The notes beneath the pieces were generated by a model. That model was given only the letters and a program-made list of their open reading frames with translations. It was not told where the DNA came from and made no database searches. This document shows, in pieces, positions 1 through 8,819 of a DNA stretch of 32,000 nt; the stretch's first letter is position 1; each line of letters begins with the position of its first letter. The DNA is from Parasynechococcus marenigrum WH 8102 (GTDB taxonomy: Bacteria; Cyanobacteriota; Cyanobacteriia; PCC-6307; Cyanobiaceae): positions 1,560,001 to 1,592,000 of the forward strand of contig NC_005070.1 in NCBI RefSeq assembly GCF_000195975.1. The letters are read 5' to 3'. The position numbers and the translations under genes were made by a program.

Positions 1-23
1 CTGACCCAGATCTGTTTGGCTGC

Positions 24-965
24 TCAGATTCCGCTGGGCAGCCGACGGGTCAGATTGCGCAACTTGCGCAATGCCTTGAGCTCCACCTGACGAACTCGTT
101 CACGGGAAACGTCCATCAGCCGACCGATTTCAGCCAGGGTGTGACGCTCGTTGCCTTCGAGTCCGAAGCGAAGCTTCAGAACATGCTGCTCCTGCTCGCT
201 GAGATGACTGAGCCAGCGTCCAAGCTGTTCGTGGTGGATGCGTTGCTCAACGATGTCGAGCGGCTCATCCAGGGAGGAGTCTGCAATCAGGTCACCCAGG
301 AAACTGCGTCCTTCCTCCCCGTTCACAGGGGCGTCGAGGCTGCTAGTGGTGAGAGCCTGCCTCAGCAGTGAGTCGAGCTCGTCCAAGGGAATGTCCATCG
401 CTTCTGCGATTTCCACCCGGCTGGGCATCGCGCCAAGCTTGTGAGCCAGATCAAGACTCACCTTGCGAATCGTGGTGAGGCGCTCGCTGAGGTGAACCGG
501 AAGCCTGATGGTGCGGGACTGACAGGCGATGGCACGGGTCATGCTCTGGCGAATCCACCAGAAGGCGTACGTGGAAAATTTGTATCCGCGGGTGGGGTCA
601 AACTTCTCAACAGCACGCTCGAGGCCTAAAGATCCTTCCTGGATCAGATCCAACAATTCCAGACCTTTCCCTTGATATTTCTTGGCAACACTCACAACAA
701 GGCGGAGGTTGGCCTTCATCATCCGTTCCTTCGCCCGTCGACCGATGCGGAGCATCCGCCGCTGCTTCCCCGTCAGCTCGTGGTCTTCGAAGGTTTTGGA
801 GCCGTCTTCGGTCAGGGTCATCATCGCCTGGACCTGATTGCCCAGTTCGATTTCTTCTGCCGGGGTGAGCAGAGGAATTCTGCCGATCGTGGCCAAATAC
901 CAACTGACAGGATCGCTACTGCGGCGGCGCTGAGAGTCGGTGGGTTTCTGAGCTGTTGAAACCAT
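24..965 (-). CDS. Group-2 (RpoD-like) sigma-70 family RNA polymerase sigma factor
   Basis: 313-aa ORF. Region 2 signature 'FSTYAFWWIRQSMTRAI' and region 4 HTH 'TLAEIGRLMDVSRERVRQVELKALRKLR' are present. It is too short for a primary SigA. ATG at 965 is preceded by GGAGG (complement of 973-977). Confidence 0.9.
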   Translation of the reverse strand: MVSTAQKPTDSQRRRSSDPVSWYLATIGRIPLLTPAEEIELGNQVQAMMTLTEDGSKTFEDHELTGKQRRMLRIGRRAKERMMKANLRLVVSVAKKYQGKGLELLDLIQEGSLGLERAVEKFDPTRGYKFSTYAFWWIRQSMTRAIACQSRTIRLPVHLSERLTTIRKVSLDLAHKLGAMPSRVEIAEAMDIPLDELDSLLRQALTTSSLDAPVNGEEGRSFLGDLIADSSLDEPLDIVEQRIHHEQLGRWLSHLSEQEQHVLKLRFGLEGNERHTLAEIGRLMDVSRERVRQVELKALRKLRNLTRRLPSGI

Positions 966-1289
966 TGCGTGTCCTCCGCCGTGGTGACAAAACTTTCTTA
1001 TGAAGATCCAAAAAACAGAAGTGTTTTCAGCAACCTTTCAGATTTGTGCGAGCAAATCGAAACACTTCAAGATTTCCTCGTATTTGATTCGAAACGCTCG
1101 ATTTGGACTATTGCCCCTAAACAATTTTTCGTGTCGAAAGCGTCATAAACCAAAATTGCCTTCAACACAATTGTCCCGAAAACGTCACATCAATTCTGCG
1201 GTTCAGCTGGAACTTGGGTGATCGGCTCGACCAAACCCAATCGACACCGCTTCACGACCCCACACACTGGAGGAAGGTCAATACCGTCG

Positions 1290-2480
1290 ATGAGCAGCGC
1301 CACCAGCTCAACTGATCGCCTCCCCACCGCAGCAGGAGATGCAGCATTGCAGCGGCTGAGGACTTGGCCGGGCGAGCACCGCGTCGCCGTTGGTCTCTCC
1401 GGTGGAGTGGACAGTTCCCTGACCGCAGCACTGTTGGTCGAAGCGGGCTGGGAGGTTGAGGGCCTCACCCTTTGGTTGATGAGTGGTAAGGGCGCCTGTT
1501 GCGCCGAAGGTCTCGTGGATGCAGCCGGAATCTGCGAACAGCTCGGCATCCCCCATCACGTGGTGGACACCCGGGACACCTTTCAACGGGAAATCGTGCA
1601 GCGGCTAGTGGACGGCTACCGCGAAGGCATTACGCCCTTGCCCTGCTCTCAGTGCAACCGTTCGGTGAAGTTTGGGCCGATGCTCGACTGGGCCGCCGAG
1701 GAACGGGGGCTGCCCCGGATTGCCACAGGCCATTACGCCAGGATCCGCCATGGCGGTGAGCAAGGCCGGCATCAGTTGTTGCGAGGGCTCGACAGTCGCA
1801 AGGACCAGAGCTATTTCCTCTACGACCTGCCCCAGGAGGTGCTGGGAAGGATAGTGTTCCCCCTCGGCGAACTCACCAAAGCCGACACCAGAGGGGAAGC
1901 AGCCCGGCACGGCCTGCGCACCGCAGAAAAACCGGAAAGCCAGGATCTCTGCCTTGCGGATCACCATGGCTCCATGCGGGCGTTTCTCGACGCCTATCTG
2001 CCTCCACGACAAGGCGAGATCGTGCTGAGTGACGGCACAGTGGTTGGTGAGCATGACGGCATCGAGCACTTCACCATCGGTCAACGCAAGGGGCTGGGTG
2101 TGGCCTGGCGGGAACCGCTCCACGTGATCCGGCTCGACCCCGCCATGAATCAGGTGGTGGTGGCGCCCCGGGCGGAGGCGGGTCAACGCAGCTGTGTGGT
2201 GGGGGCAATCAATTGGGTCTCCATCGCACCGCTCCAGCAGCCACTGGAGCTGGAGGTTCAGGTGCGCTATCGCAGTGAGCCGGTTGCAGCACAACTCACC
2301 CCGATTCCCCACACACCAGAGGATGAAGCGCGCCAGCGGCCTCACCGCTGCCGGCTGCAATTCCTCGATGATCAGTTCTCCATCACCCCCGGACAGGCCG
2401 CCGTCTTCTACAGAGGAGAAACGGTGCTTGGGGGAGGGTTGATTCAGCGGGACGACCAGGCCCAGACCAACCGCGAATAA
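1290..2480 (+). CDS. mnmA: tRNA 2-thiouridine(34) synthase MnmA
   Basis: PP-loop '[12 protein letters not shown]' with MnmA-like downstream layout. The tracked ORF opens at GTG 1218; I chose the first ATG at 1290, so the start is uncertain. Confidence 0.88.
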   Translation: MSSATSSTDRLPTAAGDAALQRLRTWPGEHRVAVGLSGGVDSSLTAALLVEAGWEVEGLTLWLMSGKGACCAEGLVDAAGICEQLGIPHHVVDTRDTFQREIVQRLVDGYREGITPLPCSQCNRSVKFGPMLDWAAEERGLPRIATGHYARIRHGGEQGRHQLLRGLDSRKDQSYFLYDLPQEVLGRIVFPLGELTKADTRGEAARHGLRTAEKPESQDLCLADHHGSMRAFLDAYLPPRQGEIVLSDGTVVGEHDGIEHFTIGQRKGLGVAWREPLHVIRLDPAMNQVVVAPRAEAGQRSCVVGAINWVSIAPLQQPLELEVQVRYRSEPVAAQLTPIPHTPEDEARQRPHRCRLQFLDDQFSITPGQAAVFYRGETVLGGGLIQRDDQAQTNRE

Positions 2481-3841
2481 CCCGTCAGCTGTTGACGCCG
2501 TTGGAGCTCGGCCGCCGCGACAGCGTCGGTTTGCGGCTCCAACAACCGCTGCACTGTTCCATCCGCCGACACAAGCGCCGTCGGCCCCGTATTCGCGACA
2601 CTCAGCACATCCCGACCGGTTTCGATCGCCCGCAGCTGAGCCAGGGCCAGAAATTGCCGTTGCAACAACTGGGGATAGGGATCGAGATTGGCAATCGTCA
2701 ACAACCACTCGGCACCCTGTGCCGTCGCTTTAGCCAAAGCCCGTCCGTCACTGATCTCGTAGCAGATCGCCACAGCAAAAGGTGATGGCCAGACATTCAC
2801 AAACCGCGAGGCATCTCCTGGCTGGAGCCCCCCCACCGCCGACAACCCCCGGGTGAGACCGGCCGGCAACGGTGGCAACCACTCACCGAGCGGCACCAGG
2901 CGATGCTTATCCACGAGAGGCTCCACCCCCGCACGATCGGGCCTTGCCAACAACACACTGCTGCGCTGCTGCCCCCGAACCCAGCGAAAGCCGCCGCTGA
3001 TCAACGGCACGGGCAAAGGATCCTCATCGGCCTGCCAGCGGAACGGCAGGGTTCCCTCCGGCGCCACCAACGCCTCCACCTTCAGAGACTGAGCCTGTTG
3101 CAAGGCCGAGGACAGCGCCGACTGGAAGCGCCGCTGACGCTCCGGGCTGAATTTCTCACGGGTGGGAATCGCCGGCTGCCAGGCACCAAGTCGCAGGGCA
3201 GCGAGGGCGGGTGGTGGACTCAAACTGAGTGCACCCATGGCATGGGCCAGCAGAAGGGAGATCAACCACCAGGCGCAGCGTCGCCCCCGACGGCGCCAGA
3301 GCTGCCAGAGCCCCCAACCCCAGAGCAGCTGGAGCGTGGCCAGTCCGCCACTGCCCAGCCAGCGGCCCAGGCCAGCCAAGGGGCGATCCAGGGGCAACAC
3401 GCTGCCTCCAACACCGATCCAGAACAACGGAGACCCCTCAAGCAGCAACTCGGCTGCCCCCCAGACCAAGGCCAAAAGCAGCACTGCTCCGAACCGCCAA
3501 GTCCCGTCCCTCCGCCGGCACAACCGAGCCAACAGCGACCACAGCAATAGCAACAGAGCTGCAGCAACTCCGCAGCTCAGCCAGATCGCCACAGCCACCG
3601 GCAGGCTGAGCCAGGCCGGCAGACCCATCCAGGTGAGTGGATGCAAGCCAAGCAGCCAGCGGTGGCTGAGCAACACACCAAAAAGGCCCCAGAGCGCCGC
3701 ATCACGCGGTCGTTCCACCAGCGACCACAGCAGAGCCAGAGCAGGCAGCATCGATAACGGACCGGCAACTCCAGGGGCCAGTCCGGCCAGGAGGCCACCC
3801 AGAACAGCTCGCAGCAGTGGCTGGGATCGGAGATCGCCCAT
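2444..3841 (-). CDS. lnt: Apolipoprotein N-acyltransferase
   Basis: Leu/Trp-rich multi-TM N-terminal half followed by a CN-hydrolase domain ('[10 protein letters not shown]'). ATG at 3841. Confidence 0.85.
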   Translation of the reverse strand: MGDLRSQPLLRAVLGGLLAGLAPGVAGPLSMLPALALLWSLVERPRDAALWGLFGVLLSHRWLLGLHPLTWMGLPAWLSLPVAVAIWLSCGVAAALLLLLWSLLARLCRRRDGTWRFGAVLLLALVWGAAELLLEGSPLFWIGVGGSVLPLDRPLAGLGRWLGSGGLATLQLLWGWGLWQLWRRRGRRCAWWLISLLLAHAMGALSLSPPPALAALRLGAWQPAIPTREKFSPERQRRFQSALSSALQQAQSLKVEALVAPEGTLPFRWQADEDPLPVPLISGGFRWVRGQQRSSVLLARPDRAGVEPLVDKHRLVPLGEWLPPLPAGLTRGLSAVGGLQPGDASRFVNVWPSPFAVAICYEISDGRALAKATAQGAEWLLTIANLDPYPQLLQRQFLALAQLRAIETGRDVLSVANTGPTALVSADGTVQRLLEPQTDAVAAAELQRRQQLTGYSRLVWAWSSR

Positions 3842-3893
3842 GGTCAGCGATGCGCAGCAGCGTCATCCTGATGCCAGGCCGCAACTGAGACGG

Positions 3894-4223
3894 ATGGAAT
3901 CCGGCAACCCTCTGCAACAACTGCTTCTGCGCGGCCTCGGCACCACGAGCCTGGTGGCCGATCGTCTGCGCGGGGTCACCCAGGACTGGGTCAGTCGCGG
4001 CCGGCTGGACCCCAATCAGGCCTCAGCGCTTGTGGACGATGTGATGAAGGCGCTTCGGGGGGAAACACCGGAACTTGAAGAGAAGGTGGAGCGAGACATC
4101 TGGCGCAACCGCGACAACCTCCTGCAGGACATCGGTGTGGCCAGTCAGAAGGAACTCGATGAACTGCGTGGCCGCATCGACCGGATCGAGCAGCAACTGC
4201 GTCAGTTGAATCGAGCCGACTAG
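3894..4223 (+). CDS. Small conserved hypothetical protein with C-terminal coiled coil (possibly phasin-like)
   Basis: 109-aa reading frame from ATG 3894 at the end of a longer shadow ORF. It has sensible composition and a heptad-like tail '[19 protein letters not shown]'. The family assignment is from memory only. Confidence 0.55.
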   Translation: MESGNPLQQLLLRGLGTTSLVADRLRGVTQDWVSRGRLDPNQASALVDDVMKALRGETPELEEKVERDIWRNRDNLLQDIGVASQKELDELRGRIDRIEQQLRQLNRAD

Positions 4224-4269
4224 GCCAACCGTCCGGGGGCCAGAATCAAGGCCATTCGATGCGGCAGTC

Positions 4270-4896
4270 ATGCGCGACATCCTGATCAGCTCCACGGTCT
4301 GCGTGCTCTGCCTGCTGCTAGCCCTGGTCAGTCAGCTGGTGGCCCCATCCACAGTCGACGCAGCAGCCGTCGATGCAGCAGCAGCCACCAGCACCGCCGC
4401 AACCGCCAGCGTTGTCGCCAAGACCACCAGCGCAGTAGCAGCGCGGCCCAGCTTCGAGCTGGACCCAGAGGATCCCAACCCAACCTTGTTTGCCATGGCT
4501 CCCGACACCAACCAGGCCGATGCCTCCGCCCTCGGCGGCCCCCTTGATGCCCCTGATACTCAGATCACAGCCAGCGGCCTGAAAATCATCGAACTGCAGG
4601 TCGGAGAAGGAGCGGAAGCCGCCTCCGGCCAGACCGTTTCAGTGCACTACCGGGGAACCCTTGAGAACGGCAAGCAATTCGACGCCAGCTACGACCGGGG
4701 CACCCCGTTCACCTTCCCCCTCGGAGCCGGACGGGTGATCAAAGGCTGGGATGAAGGGGTGGACGGCATGAAGGTCGGCGGCAAGCGCAAACTGGTGATC
4801 CCGCCGGATCTCGCCTATGGCAGCCGCGGTGCTGGCGGCGTCATCCCCCCCAACGCCACTCTGGTGTTCGAGGTTGAGCTGCTCGACGCGAAGTGA
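4270..4896 (+). CDS. FKBP-type peptidyl-prolyl cis-trans isomerase, secreted/lumenal
   Basis: FKBP domain '[39 protein letters not shown]...LVFEVELL'. The N-terminus has a hydrophobic signal peptide followed by an Ala/Thr-rich linker. Confidence 0.9.
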   Translation: MRDILISSTVCVLCLLLALVSQLVAPSTVDAAAVDAAAATSTAATASVVAKTTSAVAARPSFELDPEDPNPTLFAMAPDTNQADASALGGPLDAPDTQITASGLKIIELQVGEGAEAASGQTVSVHYRGTLENGKQFDASYDRGTPFTFPLGAGRVIKGWDEGVDGMKVGGKRKLVIPPDLAYGSRGAGGVIPPNATLVFEVELLDAK

Positions 4897-4940
4897 TGGG
4901 CCGCAGCTAGGCTCGCTTTAAGCACTTTCGTTCCCAACCG

Positions 4941-5414
4941 ATGCTGCGCTCGGCCCTCACCGCCCTCGTTCGCGCCCTTCCGTGCCCTGCGGCGGAAGCC
5001 CATTGCGACGGACCCTGCGGCGTCTATGACCCAGCTTCTGCCCGTGTCGCGGCTGAAGCCGTCCTTTCCATGACGAAGAAGCTCAAGGCCATGGAGGCGC
5101 CAGCGGCAGGTGACGCTGCGGCTCTTGCTGCTTACAACAACACCTTCGGTCGCTACGTGGCCATCAAGGAGGAGGAAGCTCAGAAGACCAAAAAGGAACT
5201 GCTGATCCTGTGGACCGACTATTTCAAGCCGGAGCACCTGGCCACCTTCCCCGATCTGCACGACACGTTCTGGAAAGCTGCCAAGCTCTGCAGCGCCTGC
5301 AAGGTCAACATCGACCAAGCCAAAGCTGAGGAACTGATGGCTGCCGTTGAGAAAGTCCACGGCATGTTCTGGCAATCCAAGGGCCGCAGCGACGCCTGGG
5401 TCACCGCCTCCTGA
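4941..5414 (+). CDS. sodN: Nickel-containing superoxide dismutase precursor
   Basis: Ni-hook 'HCDGPCGVYDP' starts at codon 21 (nt 5001), after a 20-aa leader 'MLRSALTALVRALPCPAAEA'. Confidence 0.95.
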   Translation: MLRSALTALVRALPCPAAEAHCDGPCGVYDPASARVAAEAVLSMTKKLKAMEAPAAGDAAALAAYNNTFGRYVAIKEEEAQKTKKELLILWTDYFKPEHLATFPDLHDTFWKAAKLCSACKVNIDQAKAEELMAAVEKVHGMFWQSKGRSDAWVTAS

Positions 5415-5425
5415 ATCGCAACCCC

Positions 5426-5803
5426 TTGTTCTCTCCCCTAGCAGCAGCAGGTCTTCAGGATCTGCTGCTGTTTTTTTGTGGCCGTCGGCAGCTGTTGAAA
5501 GTCCAGGGGGAGTCCATGCTTCCGCACCTGGGCCCCGAAGACCGAATCCTGGTGAACCAGCGGCGCCGTCCCCAACCCGGTGAAGTTGTCGTGGCATGGC
5601 ATCCCAGCAAACCGGGGGTTCGTCTGATCAAACGGATGCATGGGATGGATGCCAACGGCATGCACCTCCTGGGTGACAACCCTTCAGCAAGCACCGACAG
5701 CCGTCAGCTGGGGCCCATCCCCTCGGGGTTGCTGATTGGTGTGGCTACGTCCTGTCTCAGAAGATCGCCGCCGACGTCTTCTGCAACCAAATGGCACCCG
5801 TGA
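5426..5803 (+). CDS. sodX: Ni-SOD maturation protease (S26 signal-peptidase family)
   Basis: Motifs 'GESMLP' (Ser), 'RLIKRM' (Lys) and 'GDNPSASTDSR'. It begins 11 nt after the sodN stop. TTG start inferred. Confidence 0.85.
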   Translation: MFSPLAAAGLQDLLLFFCGRRQLLKVQGESMLPHLGPEDRILVNQRRRPQPGEVVVAWHPSKPGVRLIKRMHGMDANGMHLLGDNPSASTDSRQLGPIPSGLLIGVATSCLRRSPPTSSATKWHP

Positions 5804-6425
5804 CAATCGAGAGGGCACCGGTGCCACCCACCAGCCAGGGCAACAACCGTGCACCGCTGCGCAGCGTAAGGAAGGACACCACAGCAACCACCGCAACCAT
5901 CGCAGCAATGGAGCCGCAGAGGTACGCCATCAGGTAGCCAAATGCAGCGACGGGAGGCAACGCCAAAGCAGGGATCACAGCCAACAGGTGGCTGGCGCCG
6001 GCCAGTCCATGCAGCAGCCCCAGTCCAGAAGCGGCATGGGCATGGCGCCTGTGGTTGCTTTGTCCACGCACATGCAGATGCAAGTGCTGGTGCGGTTGAT
6101 CACCCTCGTGGTGGTGCTCATGACTGTGCAGCTCAAGACCGAAGGCCGTTCTCACCGCCAGGGCACCCACCACCAGTAGAGCGACACCCACCAGAAACTC
6201 GGCCCAGGAGGACATCGTCTCAACATGGACCAGATCCTTGAGCCCGATTGAGATCAAAGCGAGGATCACAACTCCGGCCGAATGACCGGCCCCCCAGGCG
6301 AAGCCCGCACGCAGAGCCGGCATGGGCTTACGCAACGAAAAGGGAGCCATCGCCACCAGATGATCAGCGCCACCAACGACGTGAACAGCACCGGCAGCGA
6401 AACCGGTGAGGATGCTGATTAGCAA
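5757..6425 (-). CDS. HupE/UreJ-like putative Ni2+ permease with His-rich loop (SodT-like)
   Basis: N-terminal 'GFAAGAVHVVGGADHLVAM' resembles the HupE/UreJ signature, followed by multiple TM segments. A loop with 12 His in 31 residues is encoded at 6036-6128. TTG start at 6425, because no ATG lies upstream of the signature. Confidence 0.75.
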   Translation of the reverse strand: MLISILTGFAAGAVHVVGGADHLVAMAPFSLRKPMPALRAGFAWGAGHSAGVVILALISIGLKDLVHVETMSSWAEFLVGVALLVVGALAVRTAFGLELHSHEHHHEGDQPHQHLHLHVRGQSNHRRHAHAASGLGLLHGLAGASHLLAVIPALALPPVAAFGYLMAYLCGSIAAMVAVVAVVSFLTLRSGARLLPWLVGGTGALSIVTGAIWLQKTSAAIF

Positions 6426-6438
6426 GGCACAACCCCTA

Positions 6439-6463
6439 AAACAATCATTCTGCAGGACTGTTT
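6439..6463 (-). other. Stem-loop in the 43-nt trpC-permease spacer
   Basis: On the minus-strand RNA, AAACAGUC (6463-6456) pairs with GAUUGUUU (6446-6439). This gives 8 bp including one G-U and a 9-nt loop. It lies just upstream of an AGGGG Shine-Dalgarno-like element. Confidence 0.4.
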
Positions 6464-6468
6464 CTTGC

Positions 6469-7353
6469 TCAGCCGTGGATCAGGTTTGTCAGGGCCGACT
6501 GAACATCCTGTTGACGCATTAAGGCTTCGCCAACCAGCACGGCATCGGCGCCAGCGGCCTTGACCCGGTCCAGATCTGAACGGTCAAAGAGGCCTGACTC
6601 ACTCACCAGCAACGAGCCCTGATCCTGAAGACGGTCGCCGAAGCGTTCCATGAGCTGCTCGGTGGTGGATAGATCCGTCTCGAAGCTGGTGAGATCACGG
6701 TTGTTGATGCCAATCAACGGGAAGCCCCCGAGGTTGAGCACCCGCTCCAGCTCGGCGGCGTCATGCACCTCCACCAGCACATCAAGACCCAGAGCGGCAG
6801 CGGCCTTCTTCAGGTACTGCAGATCCTGATCCGTGAGGATCGCTGCAATCAGCAGCACGGCATCAGCACCGGCCGCGCGGGCCTGGAACAGCTGATAAGG
6901 GCTGAGGACGAATTCCTTGCACAGCAGAGGCAGATCCACCGCCTGCCGCACCTCCACCAGCACGTCGAAGCCGCCCTGAAAAAAGGTCTTGTCGGTGAGC
7001 ACAGACAGGCAGCGTGCACCGCCGGCGGCGTAGGCCTCGGCGATCGCGACAGGATCGAAATCCTCCCGGATCACCCCCTTGCTGGGGCTTGCCTTCTTCA
7101 CTTCCGCGATCACGGCAGGCTGCACAGGGGCCTCGCGCAGGGCAGCGAGGAAGTCCCTTGTCGGCGGCAGATCCTCGATCTGCCGTTTGAGGGTCTGCAG
7201 CGGCACCCGCTCGCGGGCGGCATCCACTTCACGGTCTTTGGCCCAGACGATCTTTTCGAGAATGTTCTTGGGTTCCTCCTCGTCGTGGGGAACGGCGTAC
7301 TCCAGATGCGCCACGCGCACCTTCGGATTGGGGGGACGACGACGGATCTCCAT
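6469..7353 (-). CDS. trpC: Indole-3-glycerol phosphate synthase
   Basis: Motifs '[13 protein letters not shown]', 'CLSVLTD' and 'IGINNRDL'. ATG at 7353. Confidence 0.95.
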   Translation of the reverse strand: MEIRRRPPNPKVRVAHLEYAVPHDEEEPKNILEKIVWAKDREVDAARERVPLQTLKRQIEDLPPTRDFLAALREAPVQPAVIAEVKKASPSKGVIREDFDPVAIAEAYAAGGARCLSVLTDKTFFQGGFDVLVEVRQAVDLPLLCKEFVLSPYQLFQARAAGADAVLLIAAILTDQDLQYLKKAAAALGLDVLVEVHDAAELERVLNLGGFPLIGINNRDLTSFETDLSTTEQLMERFGDRLQDQGSLLVSESGLFDRSDLDRVKAAGADAVLVGEALMRQQDVQSALTNLIHG

Positions 7354-7376
7354 GGCAATCAGAAAAAAGGGCGGAC

Positions 7377-8819
7377 TCAGGCGGTGAGCTGGGAGGCAGC
7401 CTGCTTGTAGGCCACTTCCACCACTTCACTGAGAGTGGGATGGGTGTGCACCTCCGTGGACAACTGCCGCACGCTCTGACGACGGGCCACGGCATTGGCG
7501 ACCTCCTGAATCAGATCAGCGGCATGCAGCCCATAAATATGAGCGCCCAGCACTTCACCACTGCTCTTGTTGAACAGCAGCTTCATCAGGCCGTCGCTTT
7601 CAAGCTCCGCCAGTGCCTTGGAATTGGCCTTGAAATAGCTGCGAACAGACCCCAACTGAAAACCATCGGTTTCAGCGAGCTGCTTGGCCTCCGCCTCCGT
7701 GAGTCCCACCGAACTGATCTCCGGATGGGTGAAGGTGGCAGCAGGGATGCTGCGGTAATCGATGGTGCGGTTCTGGCCAAGGATGTTGTCCACCGCAACG
7801 GTGCCCTGAGCCGCAGCCGTGTGGGCCAGCATCAGCTTTCCGGTGACGTCGCCAACGGCCCAGAGATGCGGCACCGGCTGACCGTTGACCAGAACCCGCA
7901 TGCTGTCGTCGATGGGCACAAAGCCGCGGTTGGTCTCGATGTTGAGCGACTCCAGGTTCAAGCCTTTGCTGCTGGGCACACGGCCGGTGGCCACCAGCAC
8001 GGCATCCACTTCAAGCGTCTCCACCAGTTCACGGCTGTTGAAGTCCGCCAGATCGATCCGCACAGGGCAGCCAGGGGTCACCTTGCTAGCCAGAACACCT
8101 GAACGGGCGTCAATATCCCGGCCATCGATCAGGTGACGTCCAGCGATCTTGGCAATGTCGGGGTCAAAGGTGGGCATCACCCGATCAAGCGCCTCGATCA
8201 TCGTCACCTCGCAACCAAGGGCGGTGTAGACGTCAGCGAACTCGAGACCGATGTAGCCGCTGCCGACAATGGCGATCCAGCGCGGCAGCCACTCGAGGTT
8301 GATGGCTTCGTCACTGGTGAACACCGTGCGGCCATCGGTTTCGATCCCAGGCGGCACAAATGGATCGGAGCCGGTCGCCACGATCACATCTCTTGCGCTG
8401 AGGACCCGGTCGACACCACTGGGTTCGCGCAATCCAACCCGCTGGGATCCCTCAAGACGGCCATGCCCCCGCAGGATTGTGACGCCCGCTCTCTCGAGAG
8501 TCTTGGTCAAGTTGGTGCGAATAGTCTGCACCAACTGGTTGGCGTGATCAGCGATCTTCTGCCGTTCGAACCGCACAGGTGCCGCGTGGATCCCGAAACT
8601 GGCCAGGTGCTGATCATCGGCCAGTTCCCGCACCTTGCCACTGGCTGCCAGCAGCGCCTTGGACGGCACACAGCCGCGATTGACACAGGTGCCTCCCATG
8701 TCCCGCGATTCAATGATGGCGGTTTTAAGGCCGTGTTCTGCGGCATGTTTGGCGGCATCGAAGCCGCCGTAACCGGCGCCGATGACGATGACGTCGAAGT
8801 CGAAGCTGGCGTCGCTCAC
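7377..8819 (-). CDS. lpdA: Dihydrolipoyl dehydrogenase
   Basis: FAD motif '[10 protein letters not shown]', redox disulfide '[13 protein letters not shown]' and C-terminal 'HTHPTLSE'. GTG start at 8819. Confidence 0.95.
   Translation of the reverse strand: MSDASFDFDVIVIGAGYGGFDAAKHAAEHGLKTAIIESRDMGGTCVNRGCVPSKALLAASGKVRELADDQHLASFGIHAAPVRFERQKIADHANQLVQTIRTNLTKTLERAGVTILRGHGRLEGSQRVGLREPSGVDRVLSARDVIVATGSDPFVPPGIETDGRTVFTSDEAINLEWLPRWIAIVGSGYIGLEFADVYTALGCEVTMIEALDRVMPTFDPDIAKIAGRHLIDGRDIDARSGVLASKVTPGCPVRIDLADFNSRELVETLEVDAVLVATGRVPSSKGLNLESLNIETNRGFVPIDDSMRVLVNGQPVPHLWAVGDVTGKLMLAHTAAAQGTVAVDNILGQNRTIDYRSIPAATFTHPEISSVGLTEAEAKQLAETDGFQLGSVRSYFKANSKALAELESDGLMKLLFNKSSGEVLGAHIYGLHAADLIQEVANAVARRQSVRQLSTEVHTHPTLSEVVEVAYKQAASQLTA

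Noticed and set aside
1000-1221. A 73-aa Lys/Ser/Phe-rich ORF in the AT-rich sigma-factor upstream region
   Set aside because: Its composition simply mirrors AT-rich non-coding DNA and is unlike any other protein in the window. It has no ribosome-binding site. The region is better explained as regulatory or leader sequence.
1605-2708. A 367-aa ORF antisense to mnmA. Similar long antisense or off-frame ORFs occur at 11999-12985 (argD), 22901-23815 (panB), 24033-24866 (hemW), 3162-3893 (lnt), 13402-14130 (folC) and 19649-20317 (ddl).
   Set aside because: All lie opposite or out of frame to confidently identified genes. They have Arg/Pro/Gly-rich low-complexity translations typical of high-GC artefacts, and none carries a recognisable domain.
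4354-4386. An imperfect tandem repeat GTCGACGCAGCAGCC / GTCGATGCAGCAGCAGCC inside the FKBP gene
   Set aside because: It encodes a [11 protein letters not shown] Ala-rich linker after the signal peptide. This is low-complexity linker duplication, not a regulatory or mobile repeat.
4270-4896. The FKBP gene immediately upstream of sodN as a possible SlyD-like nickel chaperone
   Set aside because: The protein has a signal peptide and no His/Cys-rich metal-binding tail or IF insertion. It looks like an ordinary exported PPIase, so the adjacency is probably coincidental.
7040-7047. HIP1-type palindrome GCGATCGC (also at 22190-22197), suggesting the cyanobacterial highly iterated palindrome
   Set aside because: I noticed only about two copies in 32 kb, which is close to chance expectation for this base composition. 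There is no evidence of HIP1 enrichment here.
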